A stretch of DNA of 64,000 nucleotides from Trichoplax adhaerens (GCF_000150275.1 NW_002060943.1:3127264-3191263), one strand, 5' to 3'. Positions 16,028 to 39,724 are shown, counted from the stretch's first letter. The notes: generated by a model from the sequence alone, not told the origin. A program made the numbers and translations.

Positions 16028-16160
16028 TATGTAATTAACTTTACGGTCATTTACATTTTGTAAATTGTATAGATATAATGCAAATTATATTTTGCAAATT
16101 GTCTAAATATTATGTAAATTACATTTTGTAAACTAAGTATTATGTAAATAACATTTTGTA
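16028..16160. repeat. Short AT-rich minisatellite (about 30 bp x 4) at the upstream end of the cathepsin duplication
   Basis: Repeated tattatgtaaattacattttgtaaa-like units. Confidence 0.6.
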
Positions 16161-18125
16161 GTTTAGAGGAGTGTCAATACCGATATGACTTTGATGATAG
16201 GAAAGTACCTTGAGATTGGTAGTTTAATGTACTGCTAAATCAGGGCGACACTTTGATCGTCGACCCACTGGTAGAGGATTTATAACTGGATTGATCAATA
16301 AGGAACCTGATCTGCTTAATAACGATCCGCTGATTCAATTCATTCTACAAAGAAATAGGATATATATCTACATTGATTCCGTTTAAAAATTGGATCTTGC
16401 TAAACACTGATATCACTGTGAGGAAAGCGATTACTGACTCTTACTCAAGGCAATTCTAAGGAAGAGAAATAGATTCATGCTGCATCTATCTTGATCGATT
16501 TATTATATAAATATATTCTATACTAAGCAATAAGAAGTCAAAGTTCAATTTCATGCGGTCTGATTAATTTCGATTGCACCCTAAAATAATAAGTTAATTA
16601 TGCTCAAACTAGATAAATTTTATATGTAGTTGTAACCAAAATATACGGGCATATATAAATAAATATTACACAGAAATTTCAACAGAATACAACCTTGATT
16701 TTTAACGACAGGGTGATATCGAAAATAATCAGATTGTACAATTGCTTGAATCCATTGTACGAAGATATAGGAATGAAATGGCTTTTTATTCCGTTCATAA
16801 ATCTGATTGGAAAGCTATACTAAAAGAGAGCAACCGATCCGGCGATGGATTTGTACATATTTACATCATAAATTTGATTAGATCATGTATTAGCTATTTA
16901 AATTTACCACAAGTGGGTAAATCATTACTGTATTTCCAAGAGTACAAATATTTCATGGCGGAAAGATTCTATTTTTCTTCCCCTCATACCCAGAATAGTT
17001 AAGAATAATAATTATACCCTTTGTACGGAATCAGTAATCGAACTTTGATTAATTTAATGGTGTTTAATTTACATCAAATTTATACCGTAAATCATACTAT
17101 TGCAACATTTTATCACTTATAAAGTAATTTTGAGCAGCAATTAGAGACTATAACAACGCAACAGTCTATAGCATTTGTCGTACAAAGTAGAATTCAAATG
17201 GAAAAGACAAAGAATTTTGTAGAAACCGAAAAAGGCGTGTTAAAGTGATAATATCAATAAGACTACGACCTATCTTTCGAATCGTATGACTGAAATATTA
17301 AAATGCTTTGTGGGTAATACAAAATCAAGTAAATTCCACCATCATCTATAAGCTTAATCCTACAAGTAGACAATTATATAGAATTGTATGAATGTTCTAG
17401 ATGATGATGATGTGATGGTCAAAAATTCTTGGGAACAAGGAAGAATAAGCAAGCGAATGGATGTACTACGATATCGGGTGCATTAAAATTGATCTTACGC
17501 CATTATTTCGTGCATGGCAGTAGCTCGATCTAGTTTATATGGTTTGATTAGAGAAATAGTAGCTAACGTAAATGATCGTAAGGATCAAGTATCAAAATTC
17601 TAAAGCAACCTTGAATTTAGCTTATTTAAGCCATAATATTAAAAGAATGTCTTTTCCACGTCACATACAAAATATAAATGATGACTATATTGACAGTTAC
17701 AAGGTCTCTGCAGATTAATTCACATTTTATTTTTTTATTCAACTTGACTACATTTGTCGTTATCGGATAAGTTTAATTTAAATGTTTGTACTACGTGCAC
17801 ATAATTATATTTCAGTGATTCTGTTCATCCTAACAGATAGTTAAATATTTGCGATCTACAATGATTTAATATTACCTCTCCATTTCCATTACTAAAACCA
17901 TCTCCTAGTTCTAGTTACGTTCAATGTCATGTAATCAAATACAATACTACATATAAAGTATTTTAAATATTCATCCTGATCCTTGAAATTTATCTTTAGT
18001 CAACTATTACTGGAGGTATCCTGGCTTACTAGTAATCTTAATTTTATAACTAAATACTTAGTATCTACAAGATAATGTTAATATTCTCTTTTGACCAGTT
18101 AATCTCATTCTATCCACCTGCTATT

Positions 18126-23170
<5,045 letters not shown>

Positions 23171-23419
23171 GTTTATGCCTAATTTTCTTTAGATCTACTG
23201 CTGATAAATATCCAAAATAAAAAAGAAATGTAAGGCTTGATGATATTGATCCTTGACAATCGACTCTATAATAGACTAATCAAAATGTCTAACTTGAAAA
23301 ATAGTCAATCAATTAATACTATTAAAGCGTAATGTATTCAGTTTAATTTACCTGAAAAGTAAATGTTTCTCTCATTTTATATTAAATAAAGATTGAAAGA
23401 ATGTCTCGGTATTTACAAC

Positions 23420-23447
23420 TCACGTGAGGATTGATTTTATCATGTGA
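23420..23447. promoter_or_regulatory. Paired E-boxes TCACGTGA (CLEAR-like) and TCATGTGA (M-box) upstream of cathepsin copy 2
   Basis: The motifs are at 23420-23427 and 23440-23447, about 250-280 bp upstream of the ATG. They match MiT/TFE (TFEB/MITF) binding consensus sequences typical of lysosomal gene promoters. Confidence 0.5.
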
Positions 23448-26205
23448 TTATCACTCCCATACTTTGATTAGACACTGGATTGGAAGCTTGCCTTGTTGAC
23501 AAAAGCTCAACAATAAACATTTACAAATACTTACGGTAAAGATGAACAATGTCATTTTAGTATGTAATTTTAGCATCTAATGTAGTTATACTAGTATTAG
23601 TAGATTCACAGACATTTTTTTGCACATTTTTTTAGGCTTTTAAGATGCCAGAGGTGTAAGGTTAGCCTTTCAGACATGATTAGATTGTGGATTTTATGGA
23701 TTTAATAATCACTTGATACTATCATGTCCATTTCGTAAGCATTAATATTATCTACAGTAGTTGTGCCATTTTAGCACGTATTTTGTGTAATAATTCAAAT
23801 AGATTGCTATTTTATTGCAATTCAGTCTATACATCTCAAACAAAACGAATTATGGACAAGCATCATTTAATAGCTAGTAAGCCTTCGTCGTATCCATTCT
23901 GTCTTGGTAAATAAATTAATATAAAATGTATCGTAAATAGGCAATGATCTTTTCGTGTTTGAATGACGACAATATTCGGATGTAAGTTGAGAACAGATAT
24001 TGTTAATCTATATCTCAGCATGCTTAAAATACGAGAGAGGTCATGTCTTAATGATCAATAAATTCTTTATTCTCCTCTGCTTGAAATCAACCTACTTATG
24101 TTAGCAGTATATATCGGTGAGATTGTAATGAACTCCTAACGACTCGTATACTGTATACCGCAATTTTATTTTACATTCTATTCAGTATCTTACGATTATT
24201 CTAAGGATTCTTTCCAACTTTGAATTATTGCTTGTAGTATAAAGGACAATTTTTTCCCCCTTTCTACATAAATCTATTTAACGCAAACAGTTTAGCAAGT
24301 ACAACGAATGGTTATTAAAATTTCATAAGAGATTAATATTCACGAACGTGTAGCTCAAAATTAATGTCAGCTGTTAATTAACATACTCTATGTAATTTAA
24401 AAATTTGTTTGCTACTCTGAGCTGTAGATCATTTAATGTCAGTAAAGTAACCTTTCTACGAATGTAACTTATTCTTTTGCAACTAAATCGGATGAACGCA
24501 TATAATATTATGACTTCATCACTTAGCTTAACACTTTCCTTTATATGTGATCAATCTTCTCGAGCAATGGAAAATTGCAAATAATGCTGATAGCAATTGG
24601 TTGCCTGTATGTTGGGCACATGTACGTTACGAGAAGTAACTTGCAAACCTATTCTATATTATATCATTGAGTCAAATGATAGTTTACTAAATCCAAATCA
24701 ACGGCGACAATAGTAGTGAAGCATTGCATTAATTAATCGGCATGATAACGTACTGACGGCATTTGGAAGTTAAAAGGGCAATTGAGCCGTTGATAAAAAT
24801 GGTTAATTTTATTATTACAACTGTGAAACTTTTATATCAGCATGCGTAAATGTACGAACATGAATAAAATTAACATAGCGGGATATGTACAGCCATACTT
24901 CAGCCTACTTTATTGATTATTATTTATTTATGACTATGACAAGGGTTATTTTAGAACTTTAAAGTTTCGATAATAGTAAATCACGTCCTGATAGACAAGT
25001 ATCGCATCGAAGCACCTAAAATTTGATTCATGAAGTACTTGTGGCTCACAGTATTGATGTCGAAATTATACAGTTATGTTTTTCGAGGGAGGGATAAAGA
25101 AAGATTCTTCTGCGATATTTACGTAGCGACCATTAGCCCCATTCTAAGTACACAACTTATGCAGAAATACTATACTATTTGGTTACACATGGGAAACGTC
25201 TCGTATATCGTTTCATATCAATTTGCCTTTTTGTAAGAAGACTGAAATAGGTTGGATTCTTTAGCGATACTATCTTATATAAATAATATAATTTATCCGT
25301 GGCGGCAATGAATATCATCAAATCACTGATTAAAATTAGGATTCCGACATTTTCAAAATTGAATCTTACTAGAGGCAGGTATAAATTTAGCGTAAGAGCA
25401 AATTGATGCTTATTATGAACAGCATGCTTGTATGTACCATATCAGTTTCTACGCTACAGGGCAAAGTCACTAACTTAATGTTATAAAGCTTAATCATATC
25501 TTTCTGCATCAAGTAATGAGATTTGAAAAAAATCCTTACACGTGCAGTATATATGCTCGTAACGATACTTTTTAATTTTCTATACGACGTAACTATGACA
25601 GCAGCAGCATCGATAACCACTTTGCTTGTATTGAACAAACTATCCTTATCGATAAAGTATTCTATCATTAATGTTGTAATGATTTTTAATTTTAATGAAT
25701 GCAACGTCAGCTATAGGATAGGCTATTACAGTTCACACTTGTACATAAATATGCAAAAATTAAAAAAAGTTAAGCTTCCTTGCAAGTAGATTTAACCAGA
25801 TCGCAACGTTTTGGCGCTAACGCTTAATAATCAAACAATCACAAGACAGTACAGTAATAGTGTAATAAGTGTAGCTGAGCTTAGTCTAGATATACTATAG
25901 TAAATCAGAAAATAACATCGTTGCAGACTATAATACACAAATTTGTCAGTGGAATCCAAGCTTCACTCGATTGTCGTCGCTTACTAAATCAATGCGTTTA
26001 ACAGTCAACTGCATCAATATTACAAAAACATCTAAGCACTTTTATTTAGAAAGTATCATCACAAAAGTGTTATCATCGGTAAAAGGAGATTTAAAAGACA
26101 AAATTGTCGCTACAGGTACTTGTATAACGCATTTCGTAACAGCGCCGTACTCGCTCATATGTTACGACGTTAAGACGACTCTACTTCTATAGTTATATGT
26201 TTGCT

Positions 26206-29749
<3,544 letters not shown>

Positions 29750-29867
29750 TTTCTTTTCCACGGGATAGATTGATCACCAACAAGCTGTTGAAAAATTGTG
29801 GCAAATGAGTTGGATAGGACAGTCCAGCGTCAGTAGATATACCCTTGCTTTGTATTCAATGGCTGTG

Positions 29868-29938
29868 GTCATATGATTCTCACGATTCGTAAGTGTCATG
29901 TGATTGGTGGTTTGCATGTAGCTGAGTCAGGACGTCAC
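29868..29938. promoter_or_regulatory. Motif cluster upstream of cathepsin copy 3: E-box, M-box GTCATGTGAT, AP-1-like TGAGTCA and CRE-like GACGTCA
   Basis: The motifs are visible at about 29868, 29895, 29923 and 29931, 120-190 bp upstream of the ATG. Confidence 0.4.
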
Positions 29939-32026
29939 TTTGGTCGTTACGGTAACATGCTGTAGGTTGAGGTGGACAAGTCAACACGAACAGGTAGTGT
30001 GTGAGGCGTGACAGGCCTATCAAGGACGGACTTCCGTACAGTACAGTACACAGACTGGCAAGCAAAATACAATCATGACGGAGCGACGCATGGCAGCGAG
30101 AGTGATAGTATCTTGTATGGATTTCGATTGTTGTTTGTGTACAATGATATCCAGCAGGTTATGGAAACGTTAAATGATATACTGTCCATCACATAGCACA
30201 ACATGGCGTCTATTAATTAGCTATTATTAAAATGATCCTTTAGGCTGTACAGTATTCGAGATCATATTCTTCTTCAACAACGCATGTTGCAGGCTTGCAG
30301 CCCGCAGCCTTTTTTAGTGCTAGCCTGTCGAATCACGTCCTCTGGCAGACAAAGATGCTAATGTAACAAAATAAATGGTTGCTCATTTTCAACGCTACCA
30401 GATTGAACTTGACGATGCTGACATCATTGACTGTACAGTGTACAGTCTTGGATCGTCAATAAGCAACATCTTGAGTGCTCTATCTGGAAATAGAGAGCAA
30501 TAGGCTATCTTGTTGAGATCATCTTCAACAGCATGCATGCATGGCTTCAAGTCTACGTGACATGTAGGTATCTCTCTATTCGAGAGTTTATATCTCCAAT
30601 ATACCATACTACTGCATCAATCGACCGAAACTACTTCAAAATACTCTCTTATTTTTGCCATCCTGCAGAAAAGTAGCGAGATATCGACAGTCGAGAAGCA
30701 GTGACGACCTCCGGGCATATTGCATCAACTTTATCGAGGCATAGAAAACATGAGAACAGCATGACTTGCACAAGCTGCAGCGTTTGCATGTGACTACAAC
30801 CAGACCACTTATCCCGTGGGCATCATCCACTGCTGGAACAAAAACAGCGGGCTCACGTGCAAAACTCGTTACCTTCAAATACTATTCAATATCTCCCTTA
30901 TAATGAATTAATGAATTATTGACATAGCTTACAAGTCTACTCCACAAATGCATATTCAATAATTATGAATTCATCAACTTAATAATACAGCATTGACTGG
31001 CTGTTTTTTATTCAGATTTCGCCACTGTCGGTTATTCTACAATAATAATCTTTCCAATTCTCCCAATCAAAAACCATGCCAACTGTCCACCAGCTAAGCA
31101 CAGATTGCCAATCATCAAGTTGAAGTCATCCCGTTCTGTTTTATAAAAAAAGATAAATCAAACTTCTACGACAGTAGTAAAGTCGATTTAAAGATTCCCC
31201 TTTTGCAGTATAGTGATCGAAACAATTAATTCACTGTCATACATTTAATTGAGCTGGCGTAATCAGTTAATGAAATGAGATGCTCTACCGGTAGAAACCT
31301 ATCATATATTGCTTTACAAGCCATCCATTACTTTCGTTTGAACAATTCTATGTAGAGCTACCTTATGGTAGTTACCATCTTGATTCGTAATTAGATAATT
31401 GATCAATTACGTTAATAATGTAGCGCATTGATACGATAATTCAACGAGCAGATCGAATGGAATGACTAGCTTAACGCCTTGTCGCTTCGCTAACGCAGAT
31501 ATCCCAGTTTTAATGGAAAGACCAGTGTTAATTGTATATAACATATATATACTGTATATTTATGGTGTTTATGTCTCCACTGTCACAACTGAACATTATT
31601 AACTGTAAATTCTAAAAATGGCAGCACTTTAAAAAGAGAATAATAACTCTTTGAAGTTCCTAAATTGAGATATGCAAAAAACTACTTTGACGGCTGGCAA
31701 ATACATCCATGGAGTTTCAAGAATACAGATGCGAAACTGCAAATAATTAGATGTTGAACGAATGCGAGTATACTAAAAGGCGGATTGTAAAAGTGGATTG
31801 TAAAATGAATTCGTTCAAACCCGTTACATGTCACCGCAAAATATGGCTTATCAATTTGGGAAGCTTAATCCTGTGCGGACGGGCCACTTATAGTAATATA
31901 ATTCCAGTTCCAGGTTCACATTTAGCATTACCACGAGCATAAATTAAAAAATTGGGGCTTCTAGTGTGTAAATACTATATAAACGTGTTACGGTACTTCA
32001 TTCACCGTTAATAAAATAATCCGCAA

Positions 32027-32590
32027 CTCTCCCTCGCCTAAAAACTCCCGGCTTTTATACCCTCGACGGTGGATTATCCCGTAGGGTGTCTGCAGAATCT
32101 ACAGTAAGCCTTCCTAATCCTTGAAAGTCCTAACCGTTGTGATTTCCCCTTTTATGGTCCTAACATAGCTATTCTGTGTCATACTAGTATTGCAGCACTA
32201 ATTTCTAGTAAGCCTTCCTAACGAATACGGCTTTTCCCTCCAGTCCTAACAGAGCTATTCTGTGGCATGCTACACTTGGAAGTCCTGACCACTGTGTTTT
32301 CCCCCTATGGTCCTAACATAGCTATTCTGTGTCCTACTGTAGGTGCTGCACTAATCTTAGCACTTTCAAAATGTCAATACTGTACATTGTACAAGCAGTA
32401 GTACAGTATTCCTTCTTTTGTAGCGCATGGTATGCCGTAAATCTGTTTGTACAGACTGCATGGAATAATAAAAGTAAAAGCCGATATTTTGTAATAACAT
32501 ATCACCGCTAAACGGCGAGTGAGAGGGAAAACTATGTTAAACATTTTATCCATCATGTCCGGCTACGTCAGGCTTCGTAGCTAGCACTGT
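32027..32590. mobile_element. Candidate non-autonomous element with subterminal inverted repeats, internal tandem repeats and hairpins
   Basis: Inverted pairs ctctccctcgcc (32027) / ggcgagtgagag (32514) and cggctttta (32049) / taaaagccg (32475); three copies of gtcctaaca.agctattctgtg; hairpins at 32059-32087 and 32562-32581. Confidence 0.35.
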
Positions 32591-33487
32591 GTACATAGTG
32601 TATGTAGGTTACATTTTTGGTCTGTATGTATATAATGTAAATCAATAGCAATATGAGGTGTGAGGTTTAATAATAATTGCAGAGCATAGTTTATTATTTA
32701 TATTGCTAGTTTAGTAATTGTTTTTAATCCCGTTGATATTTCTGTAGGGATGACCAGATTGATCATTCTAAAATTTCCTCCTAAATTTAAACTAACCGGA
32801 TTAGGCAGAATCAAATTAAACTGTATTGTAGTAAAATCTTTACCTGTCAAAGAAACTATGCTATATAGTTAAGAACTACTTCTCTACTTATTGTAATATA
32901 GCTCATACGAGTTAGTCCTTCCAATACGAAATAGGAATTAACCTTAATGCGAAACTCAGGGCAACACAAAACATCTCATTCCGGCTGCTCTTAATTATTA
33001 CTGAGTGTAAAGTGAGTGCTTGTGTTATTTCATTTTTCTCTATGGTTATTACAGACATGTTATACCACTTGTTACTCTTCAATTTTTACTTTTACGATAC
33101 AGCTTATGGTGCTTTTTCACAAGCAATTGCAGGCTCTCTCTCATCGCTCCTTTGAATATTACATGTCTTGGAATATTTTACTATCTATATGGAAGCCACT
33201 AGCTGAATCTGTAGTTACAATGCAATGATGTACTTATAGACTTGGCAGTACTGGTGATGATATACTGTACTTGTATTCTGCTATTGCTTCACAATTTCCC
33301 ACGCTGTTAAACATCTAACATACAGTGTTATTACCAAATTAGTGGGTGTCTCCCAACAATAGGCCATCATTTTTGTTTACACAGTGTTGAGTTGTGTTAA
33401 GTTGTTTCCAGTAATCACTTTGTCATTGAGCAGGCGAAGAAAAACTGTGTATGCACTTTTGAAATAGTTACACCAAAATAATTCATC

Positions 33488-36400
33488 ATGAAGTCAGAAA
33501 TCATCATCTCCAGCCCAGTAACTGATATGGAACTGCCAGCAAATGCAACTGTATATGAATACATCAGCAGTAAATTTTCGGAATATGGAGAAAAACCAGC
33601 TATTGTAAGCCAAATAATTCTGTGATGATTTTTTATTTATTAGATAGATAGGAAGATAGGTGGGGTGAACATGGAGGTAAAATAATCCTCTATGATGAGA
33701 AGGAGAAATATATGCAAACTACGTACCATCTATGTACTTTTTATGTCATCTACACTTGCAATTTAAGAATTAGTTAATCCACTTATTAATGGAACACGTA
33801 CAAGTATGTTATGAAGATAATAGCACAAAAGAATTTCTGATTCTCTTGCACATTGCTTTTTTTACTGTACTCAAGAACTACTCTCTTTATTTTTTTTGGG
33901 GGGGGGGAGTAGCCCTTGCTATACCTAATTCATAAGCATTACTTAATTAAAGAGTTTATCTTATAGTTTCGATATACTTTGTAGGTCCAAATTATATGGT
34001 AGGATTGGACAGATATGAGCTTTTATTCTATAAGTATCGCTGAAATTTTCAAATGGCAGATACAAATTTATGTCTAATACGATATTTCTGTACCCTCGAA
34101 GACAGTTTGAGTTTTATTTACTAAACAAAAATTCATATCACCCATCTATAGAGGCTTCTCTGCTGTGCAGGCTGTAAGGCAAATAAAGTTTCAGCTCTTA
34201 TTTTTTAGTTAACAATACAATTTCTTTGACTAAGCTATGTGCAACAAACTAAATTAAACCAGAAATCGATGTAGTAAAGCCAGAATATCTATGTATCTAA
34301 TCTTTCAGTCCAACACACCATAAATTTGTGATTTATAATGACTTTTACTATGCAACCACTGCAGAGCGGTGCTAAAATGGTATCAATAGTGAATTGCAAT
34401 ACTGCACTGCTAGATGATGTAATAATAATCGATCCTACTCATAATGCTTTGATTTTTTTTTACAGACTGATACCTCTAGTGATAGGACTATAAATTACAA
34501 TCAACTGTTGGATATGATTCGACGATTTGGATCTTCTTTGATTCGGATGGGATTTAAAAAAGGAGATGTATTTGCTCTATACAGCCCCAATCTGCCGGAA
34601 TATGCCGTTGCAGTCCTTGGTATTATTGCAATAGGTGGTATAGCTACTACTGTTAATCCCTTGTACACTGCGGAAGAAGTGATCAAACAACTAAAGTTAT
34701 CTGGTGCTCAATATATCGTGGGTTTTCCCAGTAACGCCGCTAATGTGATAAAGGCAAAAGAAACCCTGTAAGCAGAAGTTTGCTATTTCATTAAAAAATG
34801 TTATTATATTCATAGTTGACATAGCTAACTGCACAGTAAATAAAGTACTGCATCTTCATTATACAGTACGTAGTATAATAATATGATATAAAGAAAAAGT
34901 GCCTGCACTGTAGAGTAGTACTTTAGATGTATCACTTGACAATTTTATTTTAAAACGTCCCAGATAAATGGCGAATTATGATATACTATATAAGCCATTA
35001 CTTTTTTTTGTCTGAATGTATTTATGCCATATAATATCAAATTCGTTGATAAATTCTGAATATTATTTATGCGATTGTACGCAAATTTACTTACCATGAA
35101 TTTAGACCGTCTGACATATTTGATGCCGTTATTGAAGTATTACAGCTGCCTTTAAATGATCAAATTACATTTGTTGATCTCAGTACTATAAATTCCAACT
35201 GGGATTAGAGATTGAAAATTGCATAGAATATGCAAACGAATACTGAATCATCTGCTATAGTTTGCTATATTCTCTGAGTAATATGGAAGATATATAATGG
35301 AAATTTTCAATTGTTCGTATTCAAGTTGTTGCCGTTATAGTAATATCCATACACATTCCTTAAATTTCAGAAATTTAAAGAACGCTTACGTATTTGGTAA
35401 TGCCGAGGGTTTAACCTCTTTCAGTACATTTTTTGAGGACGATGGCACACTTTTCTTGCCGGATTTATCAATCCATCCCGATGATGTGGCGTTCATTCCT
35501 TTTTCAAGTGGTACTACTGGACTTCCAAAAGGTTACTTACTATGTATTTCTTGTCATAACCTATCACAACCTCTTCATGTAACAGCATTAAATTCTACAG
35601 TAATGTATGAGCCACATTTAATACGGGTATTTGTCAATCTTATAATGGTATGACGCTATATAAAACTTATCAGATTTAGAAATTACGCAAAGGAAGAATC
35701 GATCAACTATGCAATACGAATATACTTATTACTGAGTGTATTTTATACCTACTAGACTAGTTAATATAATAACCAGAGGCAAAACTAATGTTATCATAAT
35801 TTTTAATTTCGGATAGAATATACTGTATGTTGAGAAAGTATCTTCTTGTACACTACTCAATAATATAATTATTTTAAACTAAGTAAAGCGAATGTTATTT
35901 TTCTAGATAATTACCAGTATACTAGCAAAATGACACAAGAGCTTTGCTTTAATCTAACTATCATCGTGAGACATTTGTATAGTACTTGTCAGATTGAATA
36001 ATAATCCATAATATTTTATTATTTGAAATAGGTGTTATGCTGACCCACTACAATATTTGCAGTAATATGGCTCAGCTCATGCATCCAGATTTCGCGGTAT
36101 ATAAGCATGATGGACCGAATCTAGGATTGCTACCATGGTATCATATCTATGGTTTTGTTGTAATTATGGCAATTACACTCCGCGCCGGCGGACATTTGAT
36201 TTCCATGTTACGATTCGATCAAGAAGTATTCTTGAAATCCATAGAAAAGTATAAGGTGAGATAATATTTAATATTAGCCTATCGAAATACTGTATTCTCA
36301 TGTAGGGTATTTAAGATGTCAGATAAAAAGCGTTCATTCTGCCTTTTTACAAATTACGATTTCATAAAATTTGTAAGTAATCATTTTTCGGTAAAAATGA

Positions 36401-37701
36401 ATACAATTTCATCGTCATGTACTATGTTTTATGCTACATTTTTAGATTAAGTATGCAAATTTGGTACCACCGATCTACGTACTCTTATCTAAAAGTCCAA
36501 TGGTCAAAAAATTCGATTTATCTACTTTGAAGGAATCTATTTCTGGAGCCGCACCACTCGATGCAGAAACCAGCTCAACGGTTAACCAGCGTATAGGTTT
36601 TGAGCTTGTACGACAAGGCACGTTTACGAGTACTATGTTTATTAACGATAGTTAGAAGTACTTACAGATTTGAGTTGTATCTATCGTTCTGCATGCTATT
36701 TATTTTACGCTTTACTGGTATTTTGAGAGTAGGGTTTGGAATGACTGAACTCAGTCCCGCTTCTCATCTGGTTAGGAGAATGGATGGAGATTCATCACAA
36801 GGATCGGTAGGACATTGCGTACCTAATACACTTGCTAAGGTAATATCCAATACTGAGTTGCAATAGCTAAAAATATAATGACATATTCGTTGATAATGTT
36901 ATATTTTGTCGATAATTACAATCTATTGAATTTTCATGTTAGATTGTTGATGTAGAAACTGGTGAGTCATTAGGACCTGGAAAAGATGGAGAATTATGCA
37001 TAAAAGGACCGCAAGTAATGAAAGGATATTTCAACAATCCAGAAGCAACAGCTAATACCATCGACAAAGATGGCTGGTTACACACTGGCGACATTGGACA
37101 TTATAATGAGGATAAAAAGTTTTATATTGTTGATCGATTGAAAGAATTAATCAAGTATAAGGGATTTCAGGTATTATATCTTGTACAGTAAATATAATAT
37201 TAATTAAAATTTATTAATTTGATAGTAATATTGTATACGGTATACAGTACACTGTGATTAGTGACTATATATGATTAAACGCATACATGTAGCGAAAATG
37301 AAATATACATAAGAGACATAAATATAATATAAAATTAGATATTATGATATATTATTAAGGATGTAATATAACAGTGGTTGAAATGGTTTTCTACGTATGC
37401 ATATTTATAGGTACCGCCAGCGGAGCTTGAGGGTATCTTATTATCTAATTCTAAAATCGCCGATGCAGCTGTTATCGGGATTCCAGATTATGAGGCTGGT
37501 GAATTACCGAAAGCCTTCGTTGTTAAATGTGATGATATAACGGAAGAAGAAGTTATGGATTATGTGGCCATTAAAGTAGGTCCTCATAAAAAGTTACGTG
37601 GAGGAGTAGAATTTTTAGAGAAGATTCCAAAATCAGCGAGTGGTAAAATATTACGTCGTGAGCTCCGAAAGAGAGAGAGTGCAAAGAAAAAGGATAATTA
37701 A
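33488..37701 (+). CDS. 4-coumarate:CoA ligase-like / firefly-luciferase-like acyl-CoA synthetase, copy 1; 8 exons
   Basis: Exons at 33488-33604, 34466-34767, 35371-35531, 36032-36255, 36446-36617, 36733-36839, 36943-37170 and 37411-37701. Motifs include [49 protein letters not shown] and [11 protein letters not shown]. Confidence 0.93.
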
Positions 37702-39724
37702 TTTGGCAGAATCTTTTTTTATAGTAGCAAGTATGCCAGATTGAATTTGCTCAACGATATATGCGCTGGACTTTTCATGAAATATTTCGAGTAGACGTAG
37801 TTTATATCTATTGCTAAAGCATATCGTATAGTAAACTAAAGCTAATAAAATTTCACTTATTGCCTACAATAGCACATAGTACTTACGTAGACGTAAGAAT
37901 TCATAGTTGCAGTCTATACTTAAGCGCTGTGTGGTGTATAATGTGATCTACATATGTATTATGGTAGTTCCTAAAATTCGTATACATGATAACTTACGTA
38001 TGTACAAGTATATCGTATACCTTGGTATTACCAACAAATCGACATTACTGTAAAGTTTACTGTAAGTGCATTTATTAACTAGCTCTAGCTAAAACTGCGG
38101 AAGAATATTACATCGATTTATTAGTATAAGCTGGGAACTGAGCTTGTAACGTATAATAAATTTCATTTTGCAAGCAATAAGATCGGAAGATTCTACAAGG
38201 TTATAAATACTAGACTTTTACTGTGCTTGTAGTCGATCTGTAACCTAATGTATACGAGCAGGTTAGCGTATCGATACGTTAGCTGATGACTACGCTTGTA
38301 GAAAGATTTAATACTGTATGTACACCGACCACCAATCATAATTAAGCCATATGATATGTTATAGCTAGCCATTGGTAACATGGCATACCCGTATACATCA
38401 AGAAAAAGGGCTGCCTGCCTTACTAGTAATGGCCATTTTTCATTACTACTGTATACTGCTATATATCATAGTTGCATTTTGCCTACAATAAAAGTTGAAT
38501 ATTTTAATGTGGTTTAATAAACTTTGCCGCACTAATATCGTTTGACATCTTCTTGCATCTTCTTAAGCATATAAGAAGCGAAGGCACTGCGGTTACTGTA
38601 ACGATAGTACAATTAGCTCAGAATCAAATTTCAAAATACCTTAACGTTTGAATTTTAAATTAGTACGGTATCCAGTAGTTATGTGGTGTAAATAATGAGG
38701 ATTTATCCAGAGACTATTTCTGATTTATCAATTATAATTAACTAGGCACCGTAATCAGCCATTTGTAGCTGTATAGGTAAATTGTAGTTTTATAAACTCG
38801 GATGTGATATCGTCATCAATGCAATAATTAGTCATTTATTATTATGGGTATAGATTGTATTATTATAAACTTATTCATGTATGAGTCTTGACTGTCTTGT
38901 TTTACTCTAATCTACGCCTATTATAATTACCTAGATTCTACAATCTGCATCATACACATATTGCCTAAATTTGTAGTTTTGTAAACTCACTCAAGTAGAT
39001 AAAGAACCTTCGCATCAGAGATTGTCCAATAGTAGAGTAAAATAATACTGCAAAAAGTTATACTCGTACATGTACTTCAAAGATGCAAAAACCTCGTAAT
39101 TTCTAGAGGAAGTTATTGTATGTTCATGATATATCTGATGCTTATGCCAGTTCCGTTAGTGCCCACTGTCAAGATCGATTTTACTACCCATTCATTACGA
39201 ATATTATGTTAACTACCGGTTTCCAATATCAACCTGGTTTACATTGCTGTGAAATAATCTCATTAAGTATTCCATTCAAGGCTAGTATGCCTGCATGAAA
39301 ACGCATGCGTTGCCTTCAAGATTATTAAATGGCAACTTGAGTCTCAATAACCCCTGGTAGCGTTCCATTGCTACTAAAACAAACAGTCCCCCTTTAATAA
39401 TACAGTGTGTTGTAGTTAGGGCCTTGCGATAGGCTGGCATGATATAGAGAGTAATAGTACTTATTTATTTAGGTAAAAAATAAGAATAAATAATAATACT
39501 GAGTCTTTAAAGTTACAATTAAAAATTATAACACTGCAAGACACGGCCAGCACCCATTGTGTAGCATATGTCAATACTCAATCTATTGACAATTCTCGAT
39601 ACATGACCTTACAGCGGTAGAAGTCTAATTCTTGCTTTTCACTTCACTTTAGCAAGAGGAGTTTGGTGATCTAAGTTTTAATCTATCGGCGTTATATACT
39701 ATAAAAACGACCAATAGCATCGTC

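Noticed and set aside
29880-31000. GC-richer stretch with several 60-80 aa ORFs as a transposon or gene
   Set aside because: No recognisable domain, terminal repeat or consistent splice structure was found. It is likely promoter-proximal DNA.
33890-33907. Poly-T/poly-G run
   Set aside because: A simple intronic homopolymer with no further structure.
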